DNA of 64,000 nucleotides from the NCBI GenBank assembly GCA_964035545.1, contig OZ037770.1:10050973-10114972 (forward strand), given 5' to 3'. Under the pieces are notes generated by a model. The model was not told the origin of the DNA. It was given only the letters and a program-made list of their open reading frames with translations, and made no database searches. The first letter of the stretch is position 1; each line of letters opens with the position of its first letter. Positions 40,201 through 52,300 of the stretch are shown here, in pieces. Source of the DNA: Bugula neritina. Its lineage: Eukaryota > Animalia > Bryozoa. The translations under genes were made by a program, and so were the position numbers.

Positions 40201-43200
40201 AAACAAACCAGTAGACTTCATTGCAGTTGAAAAAAGACAGCTTTTACAGATCTTCCACCATTCCTCATGCTTTTATATCACTGCTTGAGAACTTACTCTA
40301 CATAGAGACATGTAGAGCAGAGAAATTTGCCATTTAATAATATGTGAAAAATTGTTTTTAGTATTTTTATCATGTTAAATTATAGAATAGATTGTTATAG
40401 AGCATGAAATATTATGTTGGCTAGAATGAGCAGGTTCCAAACTGTTTTATAAAGTAAACAAAATGACAAGTTGGCAAAGGAACTTTAAATTAATAAAATT
40501 AAACAAAACTAAAAAAATAATTTATATAGAATGACATAGTTAATATAGTTGAAATAGGCGTGAGAATAAGAAACTAGAACTGTTCTATAAGCAGCTCTGA
40601 GTTGGGGGTGAAGGACAACACTAGTTTGAGATTCTCGAGTTCAAAGTTGGGCATCTAACTCCAAACTTGAGAACCCCAAACTAATGTTGTCCTTCACCCC
40701 AACTCAGAGCTGCTTATAGAACAGTCCAATAGACTACATGTAGCTGGAACCTTTCAGCTAGCAGCTTCTATTCAGAATAAAGCCAACTAAAATAGTGAGC
40801 AGCCATCACATAGCCAGTAGCTGGCACAGGCTATACACATAAAAATAGCATTAGAAAATTCAAACCTTAAAACTCCAGTGATTCTCAAAGGAAACATCAC
40901 ATAGGCAGGTCACTAGTTTGAACCTCCTGATTTTATAACAAGTTCTAAATATTTTATTAGCAAAGTTTTACACGATGGGATTGAATACTATAGTTATCTT
41001 ATACACAGCCGTGGTGCTATGCACATCTCTCACATCAGCAATGTCTATACGGTCTCCAGAGAGACCTGATACAACCACAACCTACGAGGGGTCAGGCAGC
41101 GAGTCTATAGACACCTTTACCAACTTGGACACGCTAGAAATTCCCACCAACCAAACCGTAGAGACCTACACTCTACCTCCCATACCAAAGAACGGGTGTA
41201 TCTTCATAGCAGCTCGGAGAGTAGGAGCCGTTGACAGACGAGTAAGTCATTGTAATGTCATATAATGAAGGTAAATTCTGATAATCTAGTCACTAGTGAT
41301 ATCAACTAAATCAAAAACATGAACTGATTATATATTTTTAAAATAAATACATCTACTGAACAGAACAGGCAGCAGCTGTAATATTTAACTTAATAACTTG
41401 TTATATTATGATTTACAGAGATTATATGTATGTATGTATGACTATACCATATACTGCTATATACCCTACAAGGGTGTATACATATACTGTTATATATTCT
41501 ACAAGGAGTGTATACAGATACTGTTATATATTCTACAAGGAGTGTATACATATACTGTTATATACCCAACAAGGGGTGTATACATATACTCTACAAGGGG
41601 TGTATACATATACCCTACAAGGAGTGCATACATATGCTCTACAGGGGGCATACATATATTGTTAGATACCTTACAAGGAGTGCATACATATGCTCTACAG
41701 GGGGTATACATATACTGTTATATACCCTACAAGGGGTGTATACATATATTCTACAGGGGGTGTGTGTATGTGGAGACAGTATCAACTCCTGGTGCGCTGT
41801 CAACTCGGCTGGATGCACCAATACCGGGGAGTGTCTGAGTAAACTACCAACATCTGGAGAGGTTTTCAGCTACCTCAAAAGTGGCGCAGCAGGGGGAAAG
41901 GTGAGTGTGAACAAACAGTTATAACATGACTCATATACTACTTTATAGTACTTCAGTTATAATGGTTTTCTGCAAAGTTCTATTATTTTACTAGACAGAT
42001 TTGTTTATATCAATTGAAAAATAGCATTTTAAAACAATAGCATTTTTTTGTGCAGCTGAATTACATTCCATTAAAAATTTAGAAGTGTAGAGGGCAGCCG
42101 TGGTCTAGGGGTTAGAGGGTTTGCTTAGTAAACAGAAGGTCATGGGTTCTAACCCCGGTAAAGGCCATGGTGATGTTAGGAAGAGCATCCAGTCATAATT
42201 ACTCCTGTGCCACATCTGAATAAGTCCTTAGCCAGATTTAAAAAACTATTCCCATGGGGGTTCTCACAGGGATAACTATCAACTTGTGTGAGGTTTAATA
42301 TGAGTAACAACTTTTATATTTATATTTTAGCCTGGAGTTTAGCTGAACAACTTTAGCCTGTGAAATGGAGGCACCAAATAGCATGAAGATTTTACTAATT
42401 TTCTTTTATAACAAAGTTTTATAAGATTTGATTTTACAAATTAATTCTGGTATAAATCTCATCTAGTAGATAAAATTAAACTTTTATTCATTTTATTGAT
42501 ATTTTACAAATAAAGAACTATTTTAACCACCTACACAGTGCTGGGTTTGCTAAGAGGTGGATAGTAGGCTAAGAGGCGATGTAGTTATATTGTATCTGTA
42601 ATTAGAATTGACAAAGAAAATTTGCTTCTCCAAACTCATTACCAAGTAGTTTAGCAGTTTGACTATCACTAGATTTCTATTGCCTTGAATGGATCCTAAA
42701 GGATAAATTTGCGATTGTGGTTTCATTCGATTCAACTGTTCTCGAATACCGAATGAAAAATCCATTCGCACAATAAGAACACAGTGTGCAAGAGGCTAAA
42801 TTTCTTTAGTTGTATTAAAGACACAATATTAAAGGAATTGCTAAACTATACAATATGAGGCAGGGGTAACACAACTCCCATACCTTAGTAACAAGAAACA
42901 GTGTCACCTCATGTCAGTTTCATTTATTTTGACTACATATATAGACTAGAAATTCTCCAGACAATTGATTAAACTGAATGGCAGCAAACTCAAAACTATT
43001 TCAGTACAGAACTACTGATTGTGAATTCAACTCTGTACCTTTGAGTTTAAACATTGAAAAGTCATTTTAAGGACATAAAAATGATGAGTCTTAATAATGA
43101 GCCATAAACTACTTATCCATTAATTTGAATTCTGAAAATAGATGAGAATGAATACATACAAATGAGTTTGTGGTTTTATCCGATGCAACAACTTACAAAC

Positions 43201-45423
43201 ATCTTCTGAAAAATCAATTCACATAATGCAAGCTTAAAACGTAGGGCTAGTATTTCCCTAGTATTTCCCCCTGAAAACTTTTGCAATACAACTTTTCACC
43301 AGAGTAGTTGCTGGTGCATAACCTTATTGGTAGAAAGCTTCCTAATATGGTAATATGTAGTGAGTGATCTTGAAGATAAGATGAGAGATGGGATGATGAA
43401 TAAATATACAAATTAAATAATGCAGACCTTATTCAACAAACCTATAAGCGTGTCACATGCACTAGTGATGTTTATAGCCGACTAATTAATGGCCACTTGC
43501 CTGCTGGTCTGTCCTGCCACTGCAGCAGAGAATTATGGGAGAGATATATTTGCTGACGCTGTCCATGCTGACAGAGATGGGTCTACACGTGTCTAGAAAC
43601 TCCATGTATCTCTTCACCTGGTCATGGAGATCACGGGCTAACTCTTTCTGGTCGGGCGTTACGTAATCCTGTACTACCTAGAGTTCATTGATATATAAGC
43701 AGACAACTTCATATAATGCAGCACTAATATGATTGGATGATTTGCAGACAATTATAAATCATGGAGATTGTGTAAACAGCTTTAGATGCTGATATGTCGA
43801 CATCAGTATAAAACTAAACACAGACATGATATACTATTAAAACCAAGTAAATAAGACAAGGTTTTCTGAGTGGTCTTTAATCAAAAAAAGAATATTACAC
43901 TAAAGCCTAGTATTTTGAGGACTTTATGAAAATATATTACATCGCTTCCTCAATTCCTTCTCTTACTAAAGAAGTTATGCATAGTAAACTAACCTGCTTG
44001 AGGGCACAGAGTAGAGCTACAGCCCTAGCATTACCACCGCACACAACACCAGTTGCATACTGTAATCCTATCTGGGATATGGCAGGATGTATATAACTGT
44101 AAACAAAAACCAAACCTGTTTCATAATGTACATGGTAAAAACAGAAGATCTTTAATAACAGAGAAGTATTAATGGCTTCACCTTTTGGCTTTAGGAAGAG
44201 ATCCTTTAAAGGACGGCAAATGAGAGAAGAGATGCACTGTATTGTCTTTCAAGGAAAGAACGGCTTTGGATGACTTCGCGCTTTTAGTTGATTTCTTAGC
44301 CACTTCATTTGTTACTGTTTTCTCTATACTATCTTTACTACCTGTAAAACACTTTGCTTGCTATGCTTCTGTACATACAATAGTCAGTTGTAAGCTTCAA
44401 AGAATTAGGTGAAAGAAATGGCTTCAATTACATGTTTTCAAAATAAGTTTGAGAATGGAAACGAAAGCAAAACACCACGTAAATTTTAGCATTTCATAAA
44501 TTACATTGTTGGGGTCAGCCCCATAAAAATGTAAGCTTTTCAAAGCAGAGCTAAAGAAGTATCTTATGACCAGAGGAGATCAAGTACATTGATGGGTGGG
44601 TGACTGAAGTACTAACGAATCAACACATTTGGTCAACAATGACACCAAAAAATACTAAACATTTTTGAGATGAGAAAGAAAACTAAAGCGAAGCAGGATG
44701 ATTTGATGTGGGAGGAATAGCTGTATTGTTATATATATACTTATTGATGGCTGACTCGTTGCTTCTAATTTCTTTTCTAACTTTGCTTTTCTCTGAGCTT
44801 CCTATTTAAAATAGAACAAACTTAAACATCATAATTTAATTGAGAGATATTTTACATACCCCACTATAACTATACATGAGAACAAAACATCAACATACAA
44901 ATATTTACTTTAACAAAAAGCACTGCTAGTTTTATATCCTACATGACACGAATCTTTGCCGAAATTTTCCCCTCTTAAAAATCTTAGTTAAGAAGCACTT
45001 TGGGCAGACACTATTGACAAACTAATTGTTAAATTTATTTACCTGCAGCTCTCGTCTTTCCGCTTTTGAAAGTTTCTTCTTTTCGCCATCTGGTGGCGGA
45101 CCAGGCTTTTGATTTTCTTTAGTGTCTCCCGTTTCTACTCTGTTGTTAGGATTGGACGACTCTTTCGAATCTTGACTTTGCTCTTTCGAATCTTGACTTT
45201 GCTCTTTCTCCTTCAATTTAGCTGCCCGCCTAGCTTTCTTATCCAGTTTACTAGAGGATGTGACATCAGAAGAAGCGGGAGCGCCTGGGGGCACTGAGAC
45301 AGCAGTTTCGTTTGTCTGTTCACTGTCCCCACTCGCTTCTTTCTGCTGTACCTTGGCCGCACGTCTGTTTTTCTTGTCTTGTTTTTTAGAACTGGATGGC
45401 GGTGTTGCTGAATCTTGGGACAT
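37283..45423 (-). CDS. EIF2B4: Translation initiation factor eIF2B subunit delta
   Basis: Exons 45423-45043 ([12 protein letters not shown]), 44801-44741 (EAQRKAK), 44341-44182 (VHLFSHLP), 44096-43994 ([28 protein letters not shown]), 43677-43501 (CRPISVSM; GC donor), 40194-40067, 39291-39200 ([10 protein letters not shown]), 38507-38416, 38272-38092 ([14 protein letters not shown]...VCCETYKF) and 37506-37283 ([15 protein letters not shown]). Confidence 0.96.
37820..38082. repeat. Composite ~32/42-bp minisatellite (ACCAATGAGTAGACAACTACTGTATATACA...)
   Basis: Seen directly; abuts the EIF2B4 donor at 38091. Confidence 0.85.
39020..39186. repeat. GA-rich polypurine tract
   Basis: About 165 nt almost entirely G/A on the + strand, just inside the EIF2B4 donor at 39199. 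Confidence 0.8.
39327..39525. mobile_element. MITE-like element with ~33-bp imperfect terminal inverted repeats
   Basis: GGTGGAGAAATTGGGAAAGCCTGTGTTTTAGAT pairs imperfectly with ATCTAGAACACAGGCTTTGCCCAGTTTCACC. Confidence 0.5.
40577..40727. mobile_element. ~150-bp palindromic MITE-like element
   Basis: Near-perfect fold-back: ACTGTTCTATAAGCAGCTCTGAGTTGGGGGTGAAGGACAACA...TGTTGTCCTTCACCCCAACTCAGAGCTGCTTATAGAACAGT. Confidence 0.75.
40975..42342 (+). CDS. Unrecognised small secreted cysteine-rich protein (140 aa), nested antisense in an EIF2B4 intron
   Basis: Exons 40975-41241 (donor CGA|GTAAGT), 41757-41900 (acceptor ttctacag, donor AAG|GTGAGT) and 42331-42342 (acceptor tattttag, PGV*), all phase 0. 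The product has a signal-peptide-like N-terminus, a Thr/acidic spacer and a 6-Cys C-terminal domain. The exons are clearly more GC-rich than the flanking intron. Confidence 0.75.
41445..41760. repeat. ~23/34-bp minisatellite (TATACCCTACAAGGGGTGTATACATATACTGT) duplicating the nested gene's acceptor
   Basis: Seen directly; the last unit TATTCTACAG|GGGGTGT is the inferred functional acceptor. Confidence 0.85.
42092..42290 (+). mobile_element. tRNA-derived SINE, best-preserved copy
   Basis: Head GCAGCCGTGGTCTAGGGGTTAG...CATGGGTTCTAACCCC carries A/B boxes. Body GATGTTAGGAAGAGCATCCAGTCATAATTACTCCTGTGCC and tail GGGGGTTCTCACAG are shared with copies at 9302, 55912 and 8465. Confidence 0.75.
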
Positions 45424-45779
45424 TTTAAGTACAGGTTTTCTGTAAGAGCAATATCATTAGGTGATTAAAAAAGCAAAAATAATTTTACAACAATTTAAAG
45501 TTATTATTAATGCAAACGGAAAAAACTTAAATACTTTTTACTACATTTGTTATCTTTTCAAAGGGTTATGAAAATTGCACTTATATTGCTTCACTGCTGA
45601 TCAATTCTCTTTTGATAGGACGTAAATTTTAAATTTGAAAATACAAATTATATAATGTGGGTTTCCAAGACATTTACTTTAACCCAAGTTTTACATATTT
45701 TAACCATTTTATTGTGTATGCCAAAACAAATCTTGTTCACACTATTCACATTTTACTTAACTGCTGCAGTTATTGCTAT

Positions 45780-46370
45780 CTTATTCTTATTAGTATCACT
45801 ATAAGTATGACTATTAGTATTAGTAGGTGAGTAAAATTAACTGTGTTTATAACTATAAGATTAAGTGTGAGACTAGGTAAGTAAATGCAATAATTATACT
45901 TATAATCATAATAATCATTATAAACTAAAGTTAAAGTATAAAAGATAAATTAAACAAAATATCAATATAACTATTACTATAAGTATAACTATTACTATAA
46001 GCTAAAAGTAAAAATAAAACTAACCTAACATTAACAAGTTAACAAAACAACATTAATTGAAAAGTGAAATCAAAACCAGTAAATGAGGTGAAATGGTGAT
46101 ACAGTATGTGAGTATTAGTACCAGTATGAGTATGAATATCATTGACACTTTGAGTATCAGTATCAGTATGCGTATCGTATGACTATGAGTACGAGTATGA
46201 CTATGAGTATGCGTATCGTATGGCTATGAGTATCAGTATGAGTATCAGTATGACTATCAGTATCACTATCACTATGGTCTATGAGTTACTGTTAGGGTAT
46301 CAGTGTGAGTATGCTTATCACTAATCTGTAATCATTATGGTCATAATCAAAAACCATAATAATTATAATA
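45780..46370. repeat. Low-complexity 6-periodic tract (TATGAG/TATCAG/TATGAC) 5' of the EIF2B4 coding start
   Basis: Seen directly. Confidence 0.75.
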
Positions 46371-46449
46371 ATTTGCATATCAATAAAAAGGTAAAATAAA
46401 AAAAAATACGAGTGTGAGAGAGCATTTCATCCTTTTTCCATACCTAAAC

Positions 46450-46900
46450 TTCTATTTTCCTTAATTTAAATTACATCAACGTACAATAAAATAGGAATTG
46501 AATGAATATAGGATTTGTCCTGCAATCGTGCCCTTCTAGAAGATGAAGCAATAAATCGAAGTGTGATATTGCGCTTAACTTTTGTAAAATGTTTCCGTCA
46601 TTTATAGCAATAATCTGTCTCGCTAATATTGCAGCATTGATTTTATTGGGCTAAAATATTATGTAGCCTGAGTTTTATTTATAACTCCATAATAATGTAC
46701 TTACGCATGTTCACTAGATTGAAACTTTTTTCAATGCATATGTTATCAAAGTTATCTATAGTAGCCAGGCTATGATTGTAGCAAATAGTACTCTAATTGG
46801 CCACGCAGTTCCATAATACGAACTATAAGCAGCAGACGTTGTCGATTCGGATTATGATTATCCCTAATACTATTAGTATTATTATTAGCTATAATTTGGC
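46450..46900. promoter_or_regulatory. Putative bidirectional promoter between EIF2B4 (-) and the C2CD2-like gene (+)
   Basis: The genes are head-to-head. There is local CpG enrichment and an ETS-like TTTCCG (~46592). Both first coding exons appear to be preceded by splice acceptors, implying non-coding first exons nearer this region. Confidence 0.4.
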
Positions 46901-47029
46901 TTTTTAACTTATAGCTTCACATTTTTGTTGTTAAATTCTAGTTTCACAACCTCTATTTGAATTTTAGACACATTTAATGCTTAAAATAAAATAATTTCAA
47001 AGGTAAAACTAAAAGTAAAACAAGTAGAT

Positions 47030-47560
47030 TCAATTTCATGATGATCATAATCATAATGATTATGATAATCTCAATCTGTCATTATGATTACCATTATGAT
47101 CATCATTATCATTATGATAATGAAGTGATTATGAATATCATAGTGATAATCATAATGATATTGATAATCATTATCAACATAATGGTGATTATCATAAATG
47201 ATAAAAAATTTAATTAATAAATGTTATTTATTATTAATATTATAATTATAAAAGAGTTGCCTTTGGAATAAAAATTAGATATTATTATAATAAAGTGACT
47301 ATGATCATCATTATTATAAATATTAGTAAAATAATATTGGCAATATTATTTTAGTAATACTAACCATAAAAATCAAGTAATACTAATAGTATTAGACTTA
47401 GTAACGGAAATAACTACCATAAATAAAGTATTACTATATTAGTACAAGTATTGCTTTTACTTTTACTGGGATAGTTATTCTAGTACCCATAGTGATACTC
47501 ATACTGTTGTTGATACTGAATGTAATGTCATTGGGGTTGTCATACTCACAGTCATGGTGA
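47030..47560. repeat. Low-complexity 3/6-periodic tract (ATCATA/ATGATT/TAG) 5' of the C2CD2-like coding start
   Basis: Seen directly. Confidence 0.7.
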
Positions 47561-49390
47561 TAATCAGTGTTTCAGTTTCAATAACCAACTCTGTTAGCAA
47601 AAACCATTTCATGTTGACTCCATATGTCTATGAGTAAGACTAGGTGACACAGTCACAGATGTTTACCAAAACATTACCCATTGTAATATAGTTTTAGAGA
47701 GTATTACATCACAAACTGTGTTAGTTCTAATTTCTAGTAAAATAATAATGCGTTTAAGGTAAAGTTATCATAGATTAATTAGAATAAAGATGAAAACTTG
47801 CACAAATAGTAAAATAAATTTCTAAATACACACAATCCTTTGCAAGTTTCATGATAAGATTTAGAATACTACTATTAATACTGGACTTTACTCAGCATGT
47901 CATAATCTCATAAGTAAAGCAGTTTTTATTTGAACTTGGCATTTCATTTTTGATATGACTACTAGATTGTACATTTCATTGCAGACAATAATGTTTTTAT
48001 AACTGCAAATTTGCACCAGAGTGAACTTGGGAAAATGCTGTGCATATTCCATTTCAATACTGTAGACACAGGCTGTTTTGATATGCACCTACTGTTTATT
48101 GTAATTAGGCTATAAAATGATCAATCATCATAACATAAATATATTAGGCCGTATTTGCTACTCACTTCTGTATTTCATTATTATGTATTAACTACATGTA
48201 ATAAATATACTATAAACTTACTAGTAATTTTAGGAGACTTTATATGTGCGGTTTAGTTTAGAAAAAATATCAACATTTGCAATTTTTACCAACCAATTTT
48301 TTATAAGTTTCAAATTAAGAAATTTTGTTTCATCAAATACCAATCATCATATACCAAAAATGAAAACAATTTAACATGCATGAACAATTCTTTTGGCATA
48401 TATTGAAATTTTTATATCCTGCTACCTTGCATTTTATTTTCCCAATTCAGTTGTAGACTAAAATTTAAACAGTGGACCTCTTAATCTATGCAGCCTTTCT
48501 AAGGATGCTTTCACTAACTTTCAGCTAGTACGCTAATACCAGAAGCTAATTTCTGCATAAAATAATATGTGAGTATGAGAAGTTTTCACACTGGTGGCAA
48601 TATATAGATTATAGCAGTATTAATGTTTTCACAGTTATTAAACTAGGGCTACATAAATATCGGATTTCCATACATTCAAAATTGTCTTCTGCCAATTTTG
48701 TACGACCACAATGCTCAGTCAATACTGCAAAAATGTTTCCGTGGGCATGTTCTAACTGGCTGATAACTAATTAGCCAGCCCACATGACTTTTACAGTTTC
48801 AGGTTTACCTTTTTATTTAAGAAAATTGTGTATCAATGAGAATAGCGAGTGGGAGTTAAAATGTAATAATGATAATAACATTGGCAAACTCCTGCAGCAA
48901 ACTTTTACTGCATATGGTTTCCGCTCCATGTGGTCCCAGCTTTAGTCATGTCACAATTATGTAGCATACTAACCACTCTTCTCCCACTCGATCTGATTTT
49001 CCTGCTATAATACCAGTAATTGAACACCTTTTTGAAATGCTATAGCATTTAGATTGGCTAAGAATTTAAACTAATGTCAGCAATTAGTGATTGATGGCAG
49101 CTAAGGAGTAAATTCAAATTATAGTGCAGCTTAAACAGTATACATTTATATGTCTATTCGTATAATAATGATGTTTTAGTTTTTCTAGATATGTTTTCTA
49201 AATAATATTGTGTTTTAGCCATTATATTATTTTTTAATTTTGTTTTTGTTTGAGCCCAATTTCCTGCATATATACTTCACAATTTTAGATAGTCTATAAG
49301 TTCTATTTCAATACCTTTGCAATTGTAGAGATTGCAGTACCATAAAGTGAATTTATTTATTCGAACTCAGTAAGTTATCAACTTGTTGCA

Positions 49391-52300
49391 ATGGCTGATG
49401 TGACCATAAAATTGCTCTGGTACCGGCTAACTGAATCTACTGACAATCTGGTTATTCTCTGGAATAGCCTCAAGTTCCTGGTAGCAGCTGGGGGCACGGT
49501 GCTCAACTACATCTTCCTTTTCTGGATTATTATTGGATTTCTTACTATAATAGTCGTCACATTTCTTCAAAACAAAGACCAACTTAGCTCAAGCACAATT
49601 GGGACTAGTCCATTTACTGATCAACCCTCTTCCTTTATTTGTATCAAATGCAAAAGTGGCCTCACGGCTTCTAGTAGTCAGTTGGAACCGAAGAGTGCTG
49701 ACAGTGTCTCGTGGTTGAACCAGGTGCTGCAGTGGACGAATCTTCTTAATAGTCGCTGGAAAGACTCGCTGACCGACCATCTCCTCAGCAGCATGACAGA
49801 GGAGAGCAAGAAGATTGGGGTGAGTCAACATGATGACGTTTTGGTCACATGTTCAGGTTGTACTTGTAGCTTGGTACTGCTTTTCTTACAAATTGTATGG
49901 TTGTGGTTGAAATGTTTTTCTTTATTTACATTAAATACTAATAGATAATGTTTTATTATTTAATAATGTAAATAATAAAATTTATGTTATTGTAGTTGTA
50001 ATGCTGAAATGTTTTTGTTTATTTACGTCAAATACTAAATGTTTTAATAAATTTCAATTATCTATATCCTATTGCATGCTAAACTTTTATGTAATGTGCA
50101 ATTTTGATTCTGCAAATGGTTAATGTGATTAAATGATGTTTCTACTTTGTTTCAACAAGGGAGAGGAATTTTCAGTTTGAGTGTGTTTAGCTAGTCTAAG
50201 CTAGACGAGTTGATAACAGTGTGCCTTGTCATAGAATAAAACACAGTTCATTTCTTGTCACTACAAAACACTTTCTCCCGATCTCTTTATCAACTGTAAC
50301 CCATATTGTTTGGCGTATGACTGAAAATTCTGTTGTTAACAGGGAGACCTCTTTGTTACCTTCGAGGCTGTCTTACCAGCTGGCGATGCACCTTTATTAA
50401 CCGGCATTTCTGTGGAGAAGGGAGATACACAAGAGGAATTGGTGAGTTATTCACAATTTAATATTCACTTCGATTATTTACATTAGAAACTGGCCACTGA
50501 CTTTAACTTTCTTTGCTGAAACATAAGCTAATTAGCTCACACCGTGTGGTTCAACAGTTGGCTAACTTAAACAAATTATATGAAAGTGTTATATACCAAG
50601 ATACTCTCTCACCTATAACTCATAAATATATCTCAAACATAGTTGCACATCTCTGCAGATATTTTAAATATAAAGCATTAAATTTAATATTTTTTGTATT
50701 AAGTTTGTTAGCCATCGAGTTTGCATTCTTGTACAACATAAAGCTGCAAGTGATGTGTGTTTTAAACTTATATGCCCTAAAAGCATTTGATATATGTTCT
50801 AGTTTAGAACTAAATTCTAATCAGTTACTTAAAATTTTGCCAAAGAAAAATGATTTACAGATGACTGTGCCATTTGTTTATAAAAAAATTTAATAATTCA
50901 ACAATAATTCTCTTTGCTAGATTAACAGGAAAACAATCTCCTACAAATATGGTAAATGCATAAATTTGCCCTCACAAATGTTGCTCTATCTACAGTAATG
51001 TGTGTCTACAGGTGCTGAAGGGAGAGCTACAGCTTTCAGCACTACAACTTACCTTAACAGCATCTGATAACTCGGTCTCCATTCACTCCAACCTACTGCT
51101 TATACTACATTTGCTCAAAACTGAGGTGAGCATCAGATTTAGTTTTCAAAAACCTGCGTAACTTTGATAATATAGAATACTTTCTTTATAAACTGCAGGT
51201 AAATATTATAGTTTATTGTGCATTTGTTCTAATGCAGGTAAGCATCATACTAACGAATGATGCAGATTCTTTGTCACTTACTATTAAACCAGGGGAGATG
51301 ATTACCAGAGAGCTTCAGTTTTCACCATATTACCAGGTTAGGAATTACTTTGACGGTCTTGTGTAGGTTCTTAGGCTATTGGTTGATATTCATGTTTGCT
51401 TGTTTGTTGGCTAAAATGACCTGCACATCTAACTTCAGAATAGAAGAAAGTTTAAAACTTGATGTAAATTGTGCAAAATAGGTATATTTGAGACTTCAAC
51501 TTCTGTATAGGCGCTAAAACCTTTTCACACTTTCAGTTTTGTAACAACTAGAGTACATACTCAGCCACTTTTATAGTTACTAGAATACATACTCTGCTAG
51601 TGCTCTGTGACACCAGCAACCCCACTTCCTGTTTCAGCACTTCCTGTTTCAGCACTTCCTGTTTCAGCACTTCCTTTTTCAGCACTTCCCATTTCAGCAT
51701 TTTCTGTTTCAACACTTCCTGTTTCAATACTTCCTGTTTCAGCACTTCCTGTTTCACCATTTCCTCTTTCAGCACTTCCTGTTTCAGCACTTCCTGTTTC
51801 ACTACTTCCTGTTTCAGGGGGTTGACTGTGTGGCAGATGAGAAGAAGCTAACTCATCACGTCACAGAAATCATCACCAACATAGCCCTAGTTCTCAAGGT
51901 TGCCATCAGCCCAAGGGGTGTGGTTGGTGACCCTCCGTCCCTGCAGTCAAGTTCACTGAGGCAACAGTCTACTCCTGTAAGTCTAATTCACTCTGTTTCT
52001 ATCGTGTCACAGCCTAGTCTAACTAGAAATGCTAGTGGCTGTTGCAGTGCTGTGCAGTGTGCCAACACATGCATGCCAGCATTATTAGACGTGTCTAAAT
52101 GCTAATTGTGGTTTAATTCAGTCCCCTGCAGTCTATTTGCCTATAGATATACATCTAGTATCTATGAAATGTAGTTATTACTCTTGCTAGTGTAATTTTA
52201 GTGTTAGATTTCAAATTTGACTTGAACCAAACTTTCAGTTAAACATTTGTTTGCTGGTTGTTTATTACTGGATTTTTAAATGCAACTTCTGCACAAATTT

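Noticed and set aside
43081-43136. Box C/D snoRNA-like ATGATGA...CTGA
   Set aside because: It is on the strand opposite the EIF2B4 host, has no terminal stem or recognisable guide, and is expected by chance in AT-rich DNA.
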